64,000 bases of DNA from an uncultured Chthonomonadaceae bacterium. GTDB lineage: Bacteria > Armatimonadota > Chthonomonadetes > Chthonomonadales > Chthonomonadaceae. The notes under the pieces are model-generated. The model was not told the origin of the DNA, did not search any database, and worked only from the letters and a program-made list of their open reading frames with translations. Of the stretch, positions 30,602 to 39,980 are shown piece after piece (within the stretch, counting starts at the first letter, position 1; every line of letters begins with the position of its first letter). Both the position numbers and the translations under genes were made by a program. Location: assembly GCA_963835065.1 (NCBI GenBank), contig CAWIEK010000002.1, positions 160,001-224,000 of the forward strand. The letters run 5' to 3'.

Positions 30602-31156
30602 TTGCAACCAGAAGACTTGCCGGGTACGAACCCGAACACGCTGCCCTGCTTCATCACCGAAACGCAAACGGGACGCAGAGTTCCCGCGCGCTTTGAGCCG
30701 CTGACTTGGCAGGACACGGCGGAATTGAACAATGAAGATTGGACGCAGGCTGCCTTTGCACCAACATGGCTTCAACTTGTTCACAATGAACACGTTTATA
30801 AACTTATGCGCGTAGAAGAGCAAGATAGGCGAATTCAGGGACTAATTCATGTCGGCGTGGTTGTCCCCGGAATAACCTATCTGGCAAACAGCTTGCTTGA
30901 AGCCGCGCCTTTTAACCAGCGTCATAAGAACTTGCGGGAGTACATTGGCGTTGGGCGTGTTTTGGTAGCACGGCTGTCTGCCGAGAGTGTTAAGCAGGGT
31001 ATGCAAGGCCGCGTTTTGGTGCATCCACGTTCAGGAACGGAAGGGTTTTACACAGCATTGGGGTTCTATGCTTTGCCGCCGCGAAAGCGCAATTATGTTC
31101 TCGACGAGGAACCCGCAGCAACATTGCTTCAATCCGTTTGCCTGAAACCAAGTTAG
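30602..31156 (+). CDS. GNAT-like acetyltransferase, array unit 3 (intact)
   Basis: TTG start 6 nt after AAGGTG (or GTG 30593); LLEAAPFN, YIGVGRVLVARL, GTEGFYTALGF. Confidence 0.85.
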   Translation: MQPEDLPGTNPNTLPCFITETQTGRRVPARFEPLTWQDTAELNNEDWTQAAFAPTWLQLVHNEHVYKLMRVEEQDRRIQGLIHVGVVVPGITYLANSLLEAAPFNQRHKNLREYIGVGRVLVARLSAESVKQGMQGRVLVHPRSGTEGFYTALGFYALPPRKRNYVLDEEPAATLLQSVCLKPS

Positions 31157-31215
31157 CCCAAACGGGAAGCTATGGACGTTACATCTGTCTGTATTGTCAG
31201 AAAGGAGAAATTAGC

Positions 31216-31437
31216 ATGGAAAGCAGAGAAGATCAAGCCACCCGCGCTCTTCAAATGGCAAGAGAAATGATGGATCAGGAATGGATTGCCACTGGCGTTA
31301 CGAGAGAAGAATTAGATCAGGACAGACAACTGGCGCAGTTGTTTGACAAACTGGTGACGGGCGGACGTTCCAGTAAAGACATCGTTGCGGAATGGGAACA
31401 CAAAACGCCGGAAGAAATTCTGCGCGAGTACGCCTAG
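31216..31437 (+). CDS. small helical partner protein, array unit 3
   Basis: AAGGAG RBS; ends EWEHKTPEEILREYA. Confidence 0.85.
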   Translation: MESREDQATRALQMAREMMDQEWIATGVTREELDQDRQLAQLFDKLVTGGRSSKDIVAEWEHKTPEEILREYA

Positions 31438-31640
31438 TGGATCAGGCCATGCCGCTCGATGAGCGCCTGCAATACCGCCTCCACCTTATTATAGACCAAC
31501 TTGTTCGCGGCATCGCAGTAAATGCGCCTTTGTCGTTCACGCTGCAATTCGAGAATGGATACGCGCTGACCATTTATGATCACGAGAAGCAGTACGAGTG
31601 CTTTTCCATACATACAGACGGTCGTTCCTACTACATCTGA
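31437..31640 (+). CDS. small or partial protein, possibly DUF6188-like
   Basis: GTG overlaps the partner stop; APLSFTLQFENG..L.IYD....YECFSI. Confidence 0.45.
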   Translation: MDQAMPLDERLQYRLHLIIDQLVRGIAVNAPLSFTLQFENGYALTIYDHEKQYECFSIHTDGRSYYI

Positions 31641-31897
31641 AACCAAGCCGCAGTTTGATGCAAATGCCACGCCCAACCAATTGTTGCAGCGGACAGACTC
31701 CATTTGATGCCCTGAACAAACCAAAACTGGGCAGGCCTGCCCGCCGTTACTGGAGCATTGAACCGGCCCGTAAATATCTTTACCATCCCGCCTGATAAGA
31801 GGTCAGACGGGTATCTTTTTGCCTCTCCGATGGCTCTGTTTGTGGTACACTATACAACCAATGTCTACTATGTTTGGGAGTCGGGGAGGACGTGAAC

Positions 31898-33995
31898 ATG
31901 GGCGAGTTTCAACTGATTTCGGACTATACTCCGGGCGGCGATCAACCCGTTGCCATTGACAAACTGGCGCAGGGCATCCGCGACGGCAAGAAGTTCCAGA
32001 CGCTTTTGGGAGCGACGGCCACCGGGAAAACGTTTACGGCAGCCCAAATCATTCAAAAAGTGCAGCGGCCTACCCTCGTCATGGCGCACAACAAGACGCT
32101 CGCCGCCCAACTCTGCTCCGAGTTCCGCGAGTTCTTTCCCAACAACGCCGTCGAATTCTTCGTGTCCTACTACGACTACTATCAGCCCGAAGCCTACATT
32201 CCCGCAAACCGACACCTACATCGAAAAAGACAGCCAGGTCAACGACGAAATCAACCGGCTAAGGCACAGCGCCACCCAAAGCCTCCTCGAACGCCGGGAC
32301 GTGATTGTCGTCTCCTCCGTCTCCTGCATCTACGGGCTTGGCTCTCCCGACGAGTATAAAGAAATTGTCCTCGCCTTCAAGCGCGGCGAACCCTACGACC
32401 GCGAGGACGCCCTCCGCCGCCTGATAGACATGCAGTTCACCCGCAACAACATGGAACTCACGCGCGGCACGTTCCGCGTCCGCGGCGACACCCTCGAAAT
32501 TCAGCCCGCCGATGAGGAAATCGTCATTCGCGTCGAGTTCTTCGGCGACGATGTGGAGAAAATCACGCTTGCCGACCCGCTCACCGGCGAACTCATCGGG
32601 ACGCGGGATACCATTACCGTGTTTTCCGCCAGCCACTTCGTCACGTCCAAAGCGCGGCTGGAAAAAGCCATCATTGAAATCGAAGCCGAAATGATGGAGC
32701 AGGTTGCCTATTTCCGGCGCAATCAGCAACTCTTGGAAGCGCAGCGCATCGAGCAGCGCACCCGCTTCGACATCGAAATGATGAAGGAACTCGGCTACTG
32801 CTCCGGCATCGAAAACTACAGCCGCTTCATGGACGGACGGACGCCCGGTTCCGCGCCCTACACCCTGCTCGACTACTTTCCCAAAGACTTTCTCCTCGTC
32901 GTGGACGAAAGCCACCAAACCCTGCCGCAGATACGCGGCATGTACAACGGCGACAAAGCGCGTAAAGAAACCCTTATCAACTACGGGTTCCGCCTGCCCT
33001 CCGCAGCCGACAACCGGCCCCTGAAATGGCACGAATTTGAAGAGCGCCTGAACCAGACGATCTTTGTTTCCGCCACGCCCGGCCCCTACGAAAAAGAACA
33101 CAGCGAGCAGGTTGTGGAGCAAATCATTCGCCCCACCGGACTCGTAGACCCGCAAATCATCGTGCGCCCCACCAAAGGCCAGATTGACGACCTGATCGAA
33201 GAGATACGCAAGCGGGTGGAAAAAGAGGAGCGCGTCCTCGTCACCACGCTCACCAAAAAGATGGCGGAAGACCTGACCGAGTATCTGGAAGACCTCAAAA
33301 TGAAGGTCAACTATCTGCACAGCGACATCAAGACGATGGAACGCACGGAAATCCTGCGCAACCTCCGGCTCGGCGTCCATGACGTGCTTGTCGGCATCAA
33401 CCTCCTGCGCGAAGGCTTGGACTTGCCGGAAGTCACCCTTGTCGCCATTCTGGACGCCGACAAAGAAGGCTTCCTCCGCTCCGAAACCAGCCTCATCCAA
33501 ACCATCGGACGCGCCGCCCGCAACGTCGGCGGCGAAGTCATCATGTACGCCGACAACCTGACGGGCAGCATGGAACGCGCCATTGACGAAACCAACCGCC
33601 GCCGCGACAAGCAACTCGCCTACAACAAAGAACACAACATCACGCCGCAAACCGTCCGCAAGGCCGTGCGCGACCTGATTATGGCCGAGCGCGTCGCCGA
33701 AGAAAAGAACGACTACAGCACCCAAAACGCCAGCGCCCGCCTCAAAGCCGACCCCGCCACCATGAGCCTCAGCCAAATAGAGGAAGTCATCGGGCAACTG
33801 GAAAAGGAGATGAAAGACGCCGCCCGCGCCCTCAACTTCGAGTACGCCGCGGAACTGCGCGACGAAGTAAACGCCCTGCGCAAACTCGCCCCCAAAAGCA
33901 GCGTCGGGCAGGATGCAGGCACATCCGCGTTGGGCAAAGACAAGGCGCTGTATGGGGCCGGCAATAAGGCAAAGAGCGGCAGGGCAAAGAAGTAA
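31898..33995 (+). CDS. uvrB: excinuclease ABC subunit B (apparent +1 frameshift near 32203)
   Basis: [46 protein letters not shown] domain; extra C in attcccgcaa. Confidence 0.97.
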
Positions 33996-34083
33996 CTGCT
34001 GCGCGTTCTAAAGAGGGAAAGACAGGGCTTCTGCTGCCAATGTTCTCCCTTCGCATGTCAGGTATCTACCAAAAGGTTAAAAT

Positions 34084-34917
34084 ATGTCTCAATCTCATAG
34101 AGATCAATGTAATATGCTGGATGAACCTTTAACCGTACAATCATTTTCGGATGGCTTTTGCTACGAGTTGAAAAATACGTCATTTTATCAGACAAACAAC
34201 TACTTATGGATATGTCCAATGAAAGAGATATACATCAAGAAGCCGACGACGCATGCGTTGGATTATCAAAGAGATTTTCTATTCCATGGAATTAACAGTC
34301 ATCAGGTGGAAGGTAAGCCTTACTGGTCTACGAATTCACCCATCCGTAACCCTGCCGGCATAGAACTGGGTTCAAGATTTGATGAGGCTCTGGAAGCATT
34401 CCCGGAATTGAAGGCAGTTCTCTCTGCCTGGCAAGTATGGGAGGCTGATGTCAATGAAGAGCAAATGCGATTATTTACTCATTATTTACTTCTGCATCGT
34501 CTGCATTATCAACAAATCAAAGCCATTGGATCTGTGCATATTCCTGATGCAAGGTTCGTCTTTTTGCGTTCTACTAAACGAACTCGAAGGTTCGTTATCT
34601 TCGGTCAGATACAGATTGAAACAGAATTGTCACCAGTGATTATTCAAAGAACCATCCATGGTACGCCGCTAATGGATATGTACGACCCTGGAATCGGAGG
34701 AATTGTGAGCAAATGGCAACAATACATGCCTGAGATTTCGAAACAATTGAACTCTATTATCCACTCTGATTACTTTGATTGGAATCCTGCCAATTTCATT
34801 TTTGTAAAAGATGTCCAGCAGCTTTACTACATTGATTCAAAGCCTACAACTTTTTCGTCTCGCGCCGTCAACCAACATAACCTGGATGGCATCCGTAAGT
34901 TCTTTCTAATCTACTGA
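34084..34917 (+). CDS. AT-rich hypothetical protein with kinase-like motifs
   Basis: IYIKK; FDWNPANFIF...LYYIDSKP resembles the catalytic loop and DFG region. Confidence 0.65.
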   Translation: MSQSHRDQCNMLDEPLTVQSFSDGFCYELKNTSFYQTNNYLWICPMKEIYIKKPTTHALDYQRDFLFHGINSHQVEGKPYWSTNSPIRNPAGIELGSRFDEALEAFPELKAVLSAWQVWEADVNEEQMRLFTHYLLLHRLHYQQIKAIGSVHIPDARFVFLRSTKRTRRFVIFGQIQIETELSPVIIQRTIHGTPLMDMYDPGIGGIVSKWQQYMPEISKQLNSIIHSDYFDWNPANFIFVKDVQQLYYIDSKPTTFSSRAVNQHNLDGIRKFFLIY

Positions 34918-35017
34918 CCTCCGTAATTATTGACGCAGCCTGAATATTCGTGTCAACTGTGTTTGCCCCAACCCCATTCTTCCCCAACGCTCACAGCCAC
35001 AATCCAGCAAAAAAGAC

Positions 35018-35302
35018 AGAAAAAAGAGCAAAATAACGCGAAAAAAGTTGAACCTTTTGCCCAACTGGCGCTGTCTAAACAGTAATACAAACGTCTACTA
35101 TACAGAGACGAAGGTTGAACGTTGGTAGTTCCTATCAACTATCAACTATCAACTTAAGAAGGGAGGTGCCAGTCCTATGTTTCACCCCTCCCGTTCGCCC
35201 TGACGCTGCTGAGGTCACGACGCCTCACTCCTACAACTTGACACAACGAGACATCGGGCTGGAAGCGCTGTATTGCCAAGATTTCGACGATCTCTCTACA
35301 TA
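35018..35302 (+). ncRNA. candidate sRNA / leader element, copy 1 (ECF-like promoter, RBS, MFHPSRSP* at 35177-35203, conserved 3' RNA)
   Basis: homologous to the reverse complement of 44622-44884; 44-nt identical core. Confidence 0.55.
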
Positions 35303-35409
35303 CCCTTTTTTGTTCCTGGCGTCCTGGTGGTGAAGAGTTACCCGGAAAAATAGGTAACATAATCGGGCGGATGGGTTCTAAAATGTGCAGCAAGTCAGCG
35401 CAGGAGTGG

Positions 35410-38302
35410 ATGTTGCACTACAGGGAAAAGAACCAAATCAAGAGGCGGTCCGGCGCCTCGTTTACCGGCGGTTGTGGGATGGCGGCCTTTGCCGCGCTCG
35501 TGCTGATGAGCGCCCGGCAGCAGCCCTCGGACGCGCAGGCGCGAAGCCATCCGACGCAAAGCAAAGATGCGGCGTCTAGCGGTCACGCTACGGGAATTCT
35601 GCCGCTGGTCAAGAAGTATTGCCTCGACTGCCACTCCACGCAGGCGAAGCGGGGCCACCTGGACTTGCAGCGCTTTGCCACGTCCGAACACATTCGCCGC
35701 GAGGCGCAAACGTGGCAGGGTGTCGTCGAGCATCTTGAGGTGGGCGATATGCCGCCGCAGGGGCATCCGCAGCCCACATCCGGGGAAAAACAGCAATTGC
35801 TCGCCCAGGTTCGCGCCCTTCTCGCTACGGAAGCCAATGCGCGGGCAGGGGATCCCGGCTACGTTCCCCTGCGCCGCCTGAGCAATGCCGAGTACAATGC
35901 GACGATCCGGGACCTGACCGGCGTGGACATGCAGCCCGCCCGTGAGTTCCCCGCCGATGGCGCTGCCGGCGAGGGGTTCACCAACGCCGCCGAAGCGCTC
36001 ACCGACATTTCCCCCGACCTGCTCACCAAGTATTTCAACGCGGCCAGAGAGATTGCCGACCATGCGCAGCTGCTGCCGGACGGCATTCGCTTTGCCCTGG
36101 GAAAGACGCGCCGCGATTGGACGGACGAAAGCACCGCCCGCCTCCGCGCCTTCTACGCCGCCTGCCCTGAAGCGGGGGCAAAATCCGACGGGAAACTCGC
36201 GTTTCAGCCCTATCTCGCCGCTCTTGTCCGACACCGAGACGCGCTGATTGCCGGACAGACCACGCTCAACAAAGTTGCGATAGAAGAGAAACTCAACGCC
36301 AAATACCTGCGCATCCTGTGGCAAGCGCTTACGGATACCACGCCCTCCTACCCTCTGGATGCCATTCGCGCCCAATGGCGAAAAGCGGCCCCGGACAATG
36401 CTCTCCCGCTCATCAAAGAGGTCACTGCCTGGCAGTCGGCGCTGTGGCAGACCGTCCGCGTGGGCAGTTACGTGCACGCTGTCGGGAAAGGCTTTGGCGA
36501 AAGCGTGACCCGGCAGATCGCCGTAAATCCGACTCCCGCCGAAACGCGAACGCTGCGAACCGCCAACAGCCTGACACCCGGACAGAACGAGGTCCCCAAC
36601 ACCCAACACCCGACACCCGACACCCGACCCCCTGCCGCCGGTTTGTCGCCGGGGCAGAACGAGAATGTCACGGAGGCGCGTCTGCTTGCCGGGTATGCCG
36701 ATTTCCGGCGCTGCTTTCCCCTCTTTGTCTGCTTTCCCGGCGTGATCCCGAACGACGAAGTGGTTTCACTGAAAATGTTCCATCGGGAAGACGAACCGCT
36801 CCGCGAGTTGTTTCTTGACGCCGAGCAGACTCGCCGCCTTGACCGTCTCTGGACGGAACATCGCTTCCTCAGCCGCCAGCCCGTCGCGGAAAACACCTAC
36901 CTGCCGCTCTTCATCGGCTTCGTCTCTCAGGACCAGCCCAAAGAACTGCTTTCCTACTTTGAGAGCCAGCGCCCGGTCTTCCGCGCCCGCGCCGAAGCCT
37001 TTGAAAAGGAGGAAGCCGCCGCGATACCCCAGGCAACTGGAAGCCCTCCTTGACTTTGCCGCCCGCGCCTACCGCCGCCCCCTCCTGCCAACGGAGAAGA
37101 CCGATCTGCTCGGCCTGTACCGCGAGATTCGGGCCAAAGGCATGGCGCATGAAGCAGCGTTTCACAATGTGCTGGCGCGTATTCTGGTGTCGCCCGCGTT
37201 CCTGTTCCGCGTGGAGAAAGCGCCGCAGGGAGGAAATCCCGGACCGGTAAACGATTGGGAACTCGCCACGCGGCTCAGTTATTTTTTGTGGTCGTCCGCT
37301 CCCGACGAGGAACTGCGCAGTCTTGCCGCCGGGGGCAAATTGCATGACCCGCAGGTTCTGCTTGCGCAATCGCGCCGGATGCTCAAAGACGAGCGCGTCC
37401 GCGCCCTGGCCGTTGAGTTCGGAACGCAGTGGATCAACGTTCGCGGCTTCGACGCGCTGAATGAAAAGAACGAGCGGCTGTTCCCGACGTTCGACAGCAG
37501 CCTCCGGCAGGCCATTTATGAAGAGTCCATTCTCTTCTTTCAATCGCTCTTCCAGTCGGATCGGCCCGTAACGGAGATTATTGACCGGGATGACACGTTT
37601 TTGAATGAGACTCTGGCAAAGCACTATGGCATCCCCGGCGTAGTCGGTCCGCAGTGGCGGCGCGTTACGGGAATCCATAAGTACGGGCGCGGGGGCGTGT
37701 TGGGGCTGGCGAGCGTACAGGCGCATGAAGCCGGGGCGTCGCGCACCAGTCCCGTCCTGCGCGGAAACTGGGTCGTCGAAACGCTGCTCGGAGAAAAGCT
37801 GCCGCGTCCTCCGGCCAACGTGCCCAAACTGCCTGAAGAGGAGGGCAGTGACGGTCTGACAATGCGGCAGCAGGTTCAGAAGCACACCAAAACGCCCTCG
37901 TGCGCCATCTGTCACCAGCGAATTGATCCTTACGGCTTCGCCCTGGAGCATTACGACGCCATTGGCCGCTTCCGGGACAGCGAAACCGGTGGGCTGAAGG
38001 TGGACGCAAAGGCGAAACTCAAGGACGGGACGGAATTTGAAGGCATAGACGGACTGCGCCGCTACCTGCTGACAAAGAAGCAGCCGGTTATTGCGCGTCT
38101 CTTCTGCCGCCGTTTGCTGGGTTACGCCCTGGGCCGCTCGGTTCAAAATTCCGACCAGCCGCTTTTGGACAAGATGATGCAGGATTTAGCGAGCCATGAG
38201 GGGCGCGTATCGGCAGTCGTGGAGGCCATCGTTCAGAGCCGACAGTTCCGCAGCATACGCGGCACAACGTACACAGGCACAACGTATGCAGGCAACAAGT
38301 GA
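35410..38302 (+). CDS. cytochrome c / DUF1587-DUF1595-DUF1592-DUF1588-DUF1585 protein (apparent +1 frameshift near 37030)
   Basis: CLDCH and CAICH haem motifs, LRRLSNAEYNATIRDLTG, ELATRLSYFLWSS.PD, TSPVLRG; start approximate. Confidence 0.9.
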
Positions 38303-38419
38303 CTGACAAGCAAATTTGCCGAAGAAGCCCCATGCGCTTCGCGCCTTTGAGCATGAACAAGCCGAATTGTCCGAATACCGAAAACAATACCGAACACCGG
38401 CTTTTGCAGGAGAGACACG

Positions 38420-39727
38420 ATGACCATTCGATTGACACAGCCGTTTTCCCGCCGCAATTTCCTCCGGGGCGTGGGCGTGACAATGACCCTGCCCTGGCTG
38501 GAATCGGTTCCCGCGTGGGGCGAGGAAAAGCCGCGCAGCGCTTCCGAGCCGCCGGTACGCTTCGCCTGCCTGTTCGCGGGGAACGGGTTCCACAGCCGCG
38601 AATGGTGGGCGAAGGGGCAAGGCGCGGCAATGGAGTTGGGCAAGGTGCTGGAACCGCTTCACCCCTTTCGTGAAAAGATGCTGTTCCTGCGCGGGCTGTA
38701 TAATGAGGAAGCGCTGATCGGCGGCATCCATAGCTGTCAGACGGGAAACCTGCTCACGGGAGCGCATCTGGCCCCTGCCGGCGAAATCCGGTCCGGCATC
38801 AGCTGCGATCAGGTCATCGCGCAGCGGATGAAGGGACAGACAAAAGTTCCGAGCCTGGTGCTGGGAACCGAGCAGTCCATTTCCGCCATCCACAAGAACT
38901 ACTCGATGATCTACAGTTCGCATATTTCGTGGACTTCCGCGACCTCGCCGACGCCATTGGAGCTATATCCGGCGCTTGCCTTCGACCGGCTCTTCCGGGA
39001 CGAGGTGGGGAAAGCGGACAAAAGTGTCCTTGACGCCGTGCTGGAGGATACGGCCCGGATGAAAAGGGGGATCAGCCAATCTGACCGGCATCGCCTGGAC
39101 GAGTACCTGGCTTCGGTGCGCGAAGTGGAACAAAGGCTCGAACAGGCCGGCAAAGCGGGACGATTGCAGGGCTGGCGTCCGACGCTCGCCAAACCCGACC
39201 GACCCCGCCCCGCTGAAGGTATCCCGCAGGACATTGATCAGCACATGCGGCTGATGTGCGACATTCTCGTACTCGCCTTCCGCACCGATACGACCCGCGT
39301 TTGTACCCTGAAACTCAACAACGATCATTCCTCGCTCCGGTTCCCGAACCTGGGCGTGGATTACATGATTCATCATCTCCTCTCGCACTCCGATGGCGAC
39401 GACTGGCTGAAGGTGAACCGCTTCTTTACCCAACAGGTGGCCTATATCGCGCAAAAACTGGATGCGGTACAGGAGGGTGAGCGAACGCTTCTGGACAACA
39501 GCATGCTTCTATATCTTTCCAGCATGATGACCGGAAACCACAATAATGACCAGTTGCCGGTTGTGATGGTCGGCGGGGGCGGGGGACAGATCAAGACGGG
39601 CCGAGTCCTGGATTACGCCGGCAAACCCAACCGCAAAATGTGCAGCCTGTACCTGTCTCTCATGGACAAGGCCGGTGTCCGACTTGACAGCTTCGGCGAC
39701 TCCAAAGAGCGCCTTGCAGAGATATAA
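38420..39727 (+). CDS. DUF1552 (HXXSHH-type) protein with Tat-like N-terminus
   Basis: SRRNFLRG, HHLLSHS, EGERTLLDNS; canonical partner of DUF1592. Confidence 0.92.
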   Translation: MTIRLTQPFSRRNFLRGVGVTMTLPWLESVPAWGEEKPRSASEPPVRFACLFAGNGFHSREWWAKGQGAAMELGKVLEPLHPFREKMLFLRGLYNEEALIGGIHSCQTGNLLTGAHLAPAGEIRSGISCDQVIAQRMKGQTKVPSLVLGTEQSISAIHKNYSMIYSSHISWTSATSPTPLELYPALAFDRLFRDEVGKADKSVLDAVLEDTARMKRGISQSDRHRLDEYLASVREVEQRLEQAGKAGRLQGWRPTLAKPDRPRPAEGIPQDIDQHMRLMCDILVLAFRTDTTRVCTLKLNNDHSSLRFPNLGVDYMIHHLLSHSDGDDWLKVNRFFTQQVAYIAQKLDAVQEGERTLLDNSMLLYLSSMMTGNHNNDQLPVVMVGGGGGQIKTGRVLDYAGKPNRKMCSLYLSLMDKAGVRLDSFGDSKERLAEI

Positions 39728-39748
39728 TGGAGATAAATTTCAGGTTTC

Positions 39749-39951
39749 ACTATCGAACACAATTAGCCGGGCATTGAAAATACCCGTCTGAATGGCGTTC
39801 CGCCGAGCGTCCTACGGACGCGGATTCATGAAGATATGGAGCATCGCGTTCGTAGGACGCGATGCCGCAGGCCATTGAGACAGGGGTTTTCAACCCCTGT
39901 CATGGGCTGGCATAGGCGGCTGGCATGAGCGGCAAAAATGTGTCCGATAGT
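39749..39951. mobile_element. MITE-like palindromic element, copy 2
   Basis: terminal IR actatcgaacac/gtgtccgatagt; shares ttagccgggcattgaaaatacccgtctgaatggcgttccgc with copy 1. Confidence 0.8.
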
Positions 39952-39980
39952 ACAAATCCGGTTTTTAGAAGGTGACAAAG

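Noticed and set aside
28393..31437. Diversity-generating retroelement explanation for the paralogous units
   Set aside because: No reverse transcriptase in the window, and differences between units are not confined to adenines.
32190..32220. Programmed frameshift in uvrB
   Set aside because: No slippery heptamer or stimulator; same extra-C pattern as other genes here, so probably an assembly error.
32259..33797. 512-aa minus-strand ORF
   Set aside because: Antisense shadow of uvrB caused by GC-rich codon bias.
35071..35082. LexA box (CTGT...ACAG) near uvrB and the duplicated element
   Set aside because: Spacing is 4 nt rather than 8, and it is not conserved in copy 2.
35115..35333. Longer protein (PVRPD..DIGLEALYCQDFDD) encoded by the duplicated element
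   Set aside because: Copy 2 has an indel and a TGA in that frame and no start codon, and the differences are not synonymous-biased.
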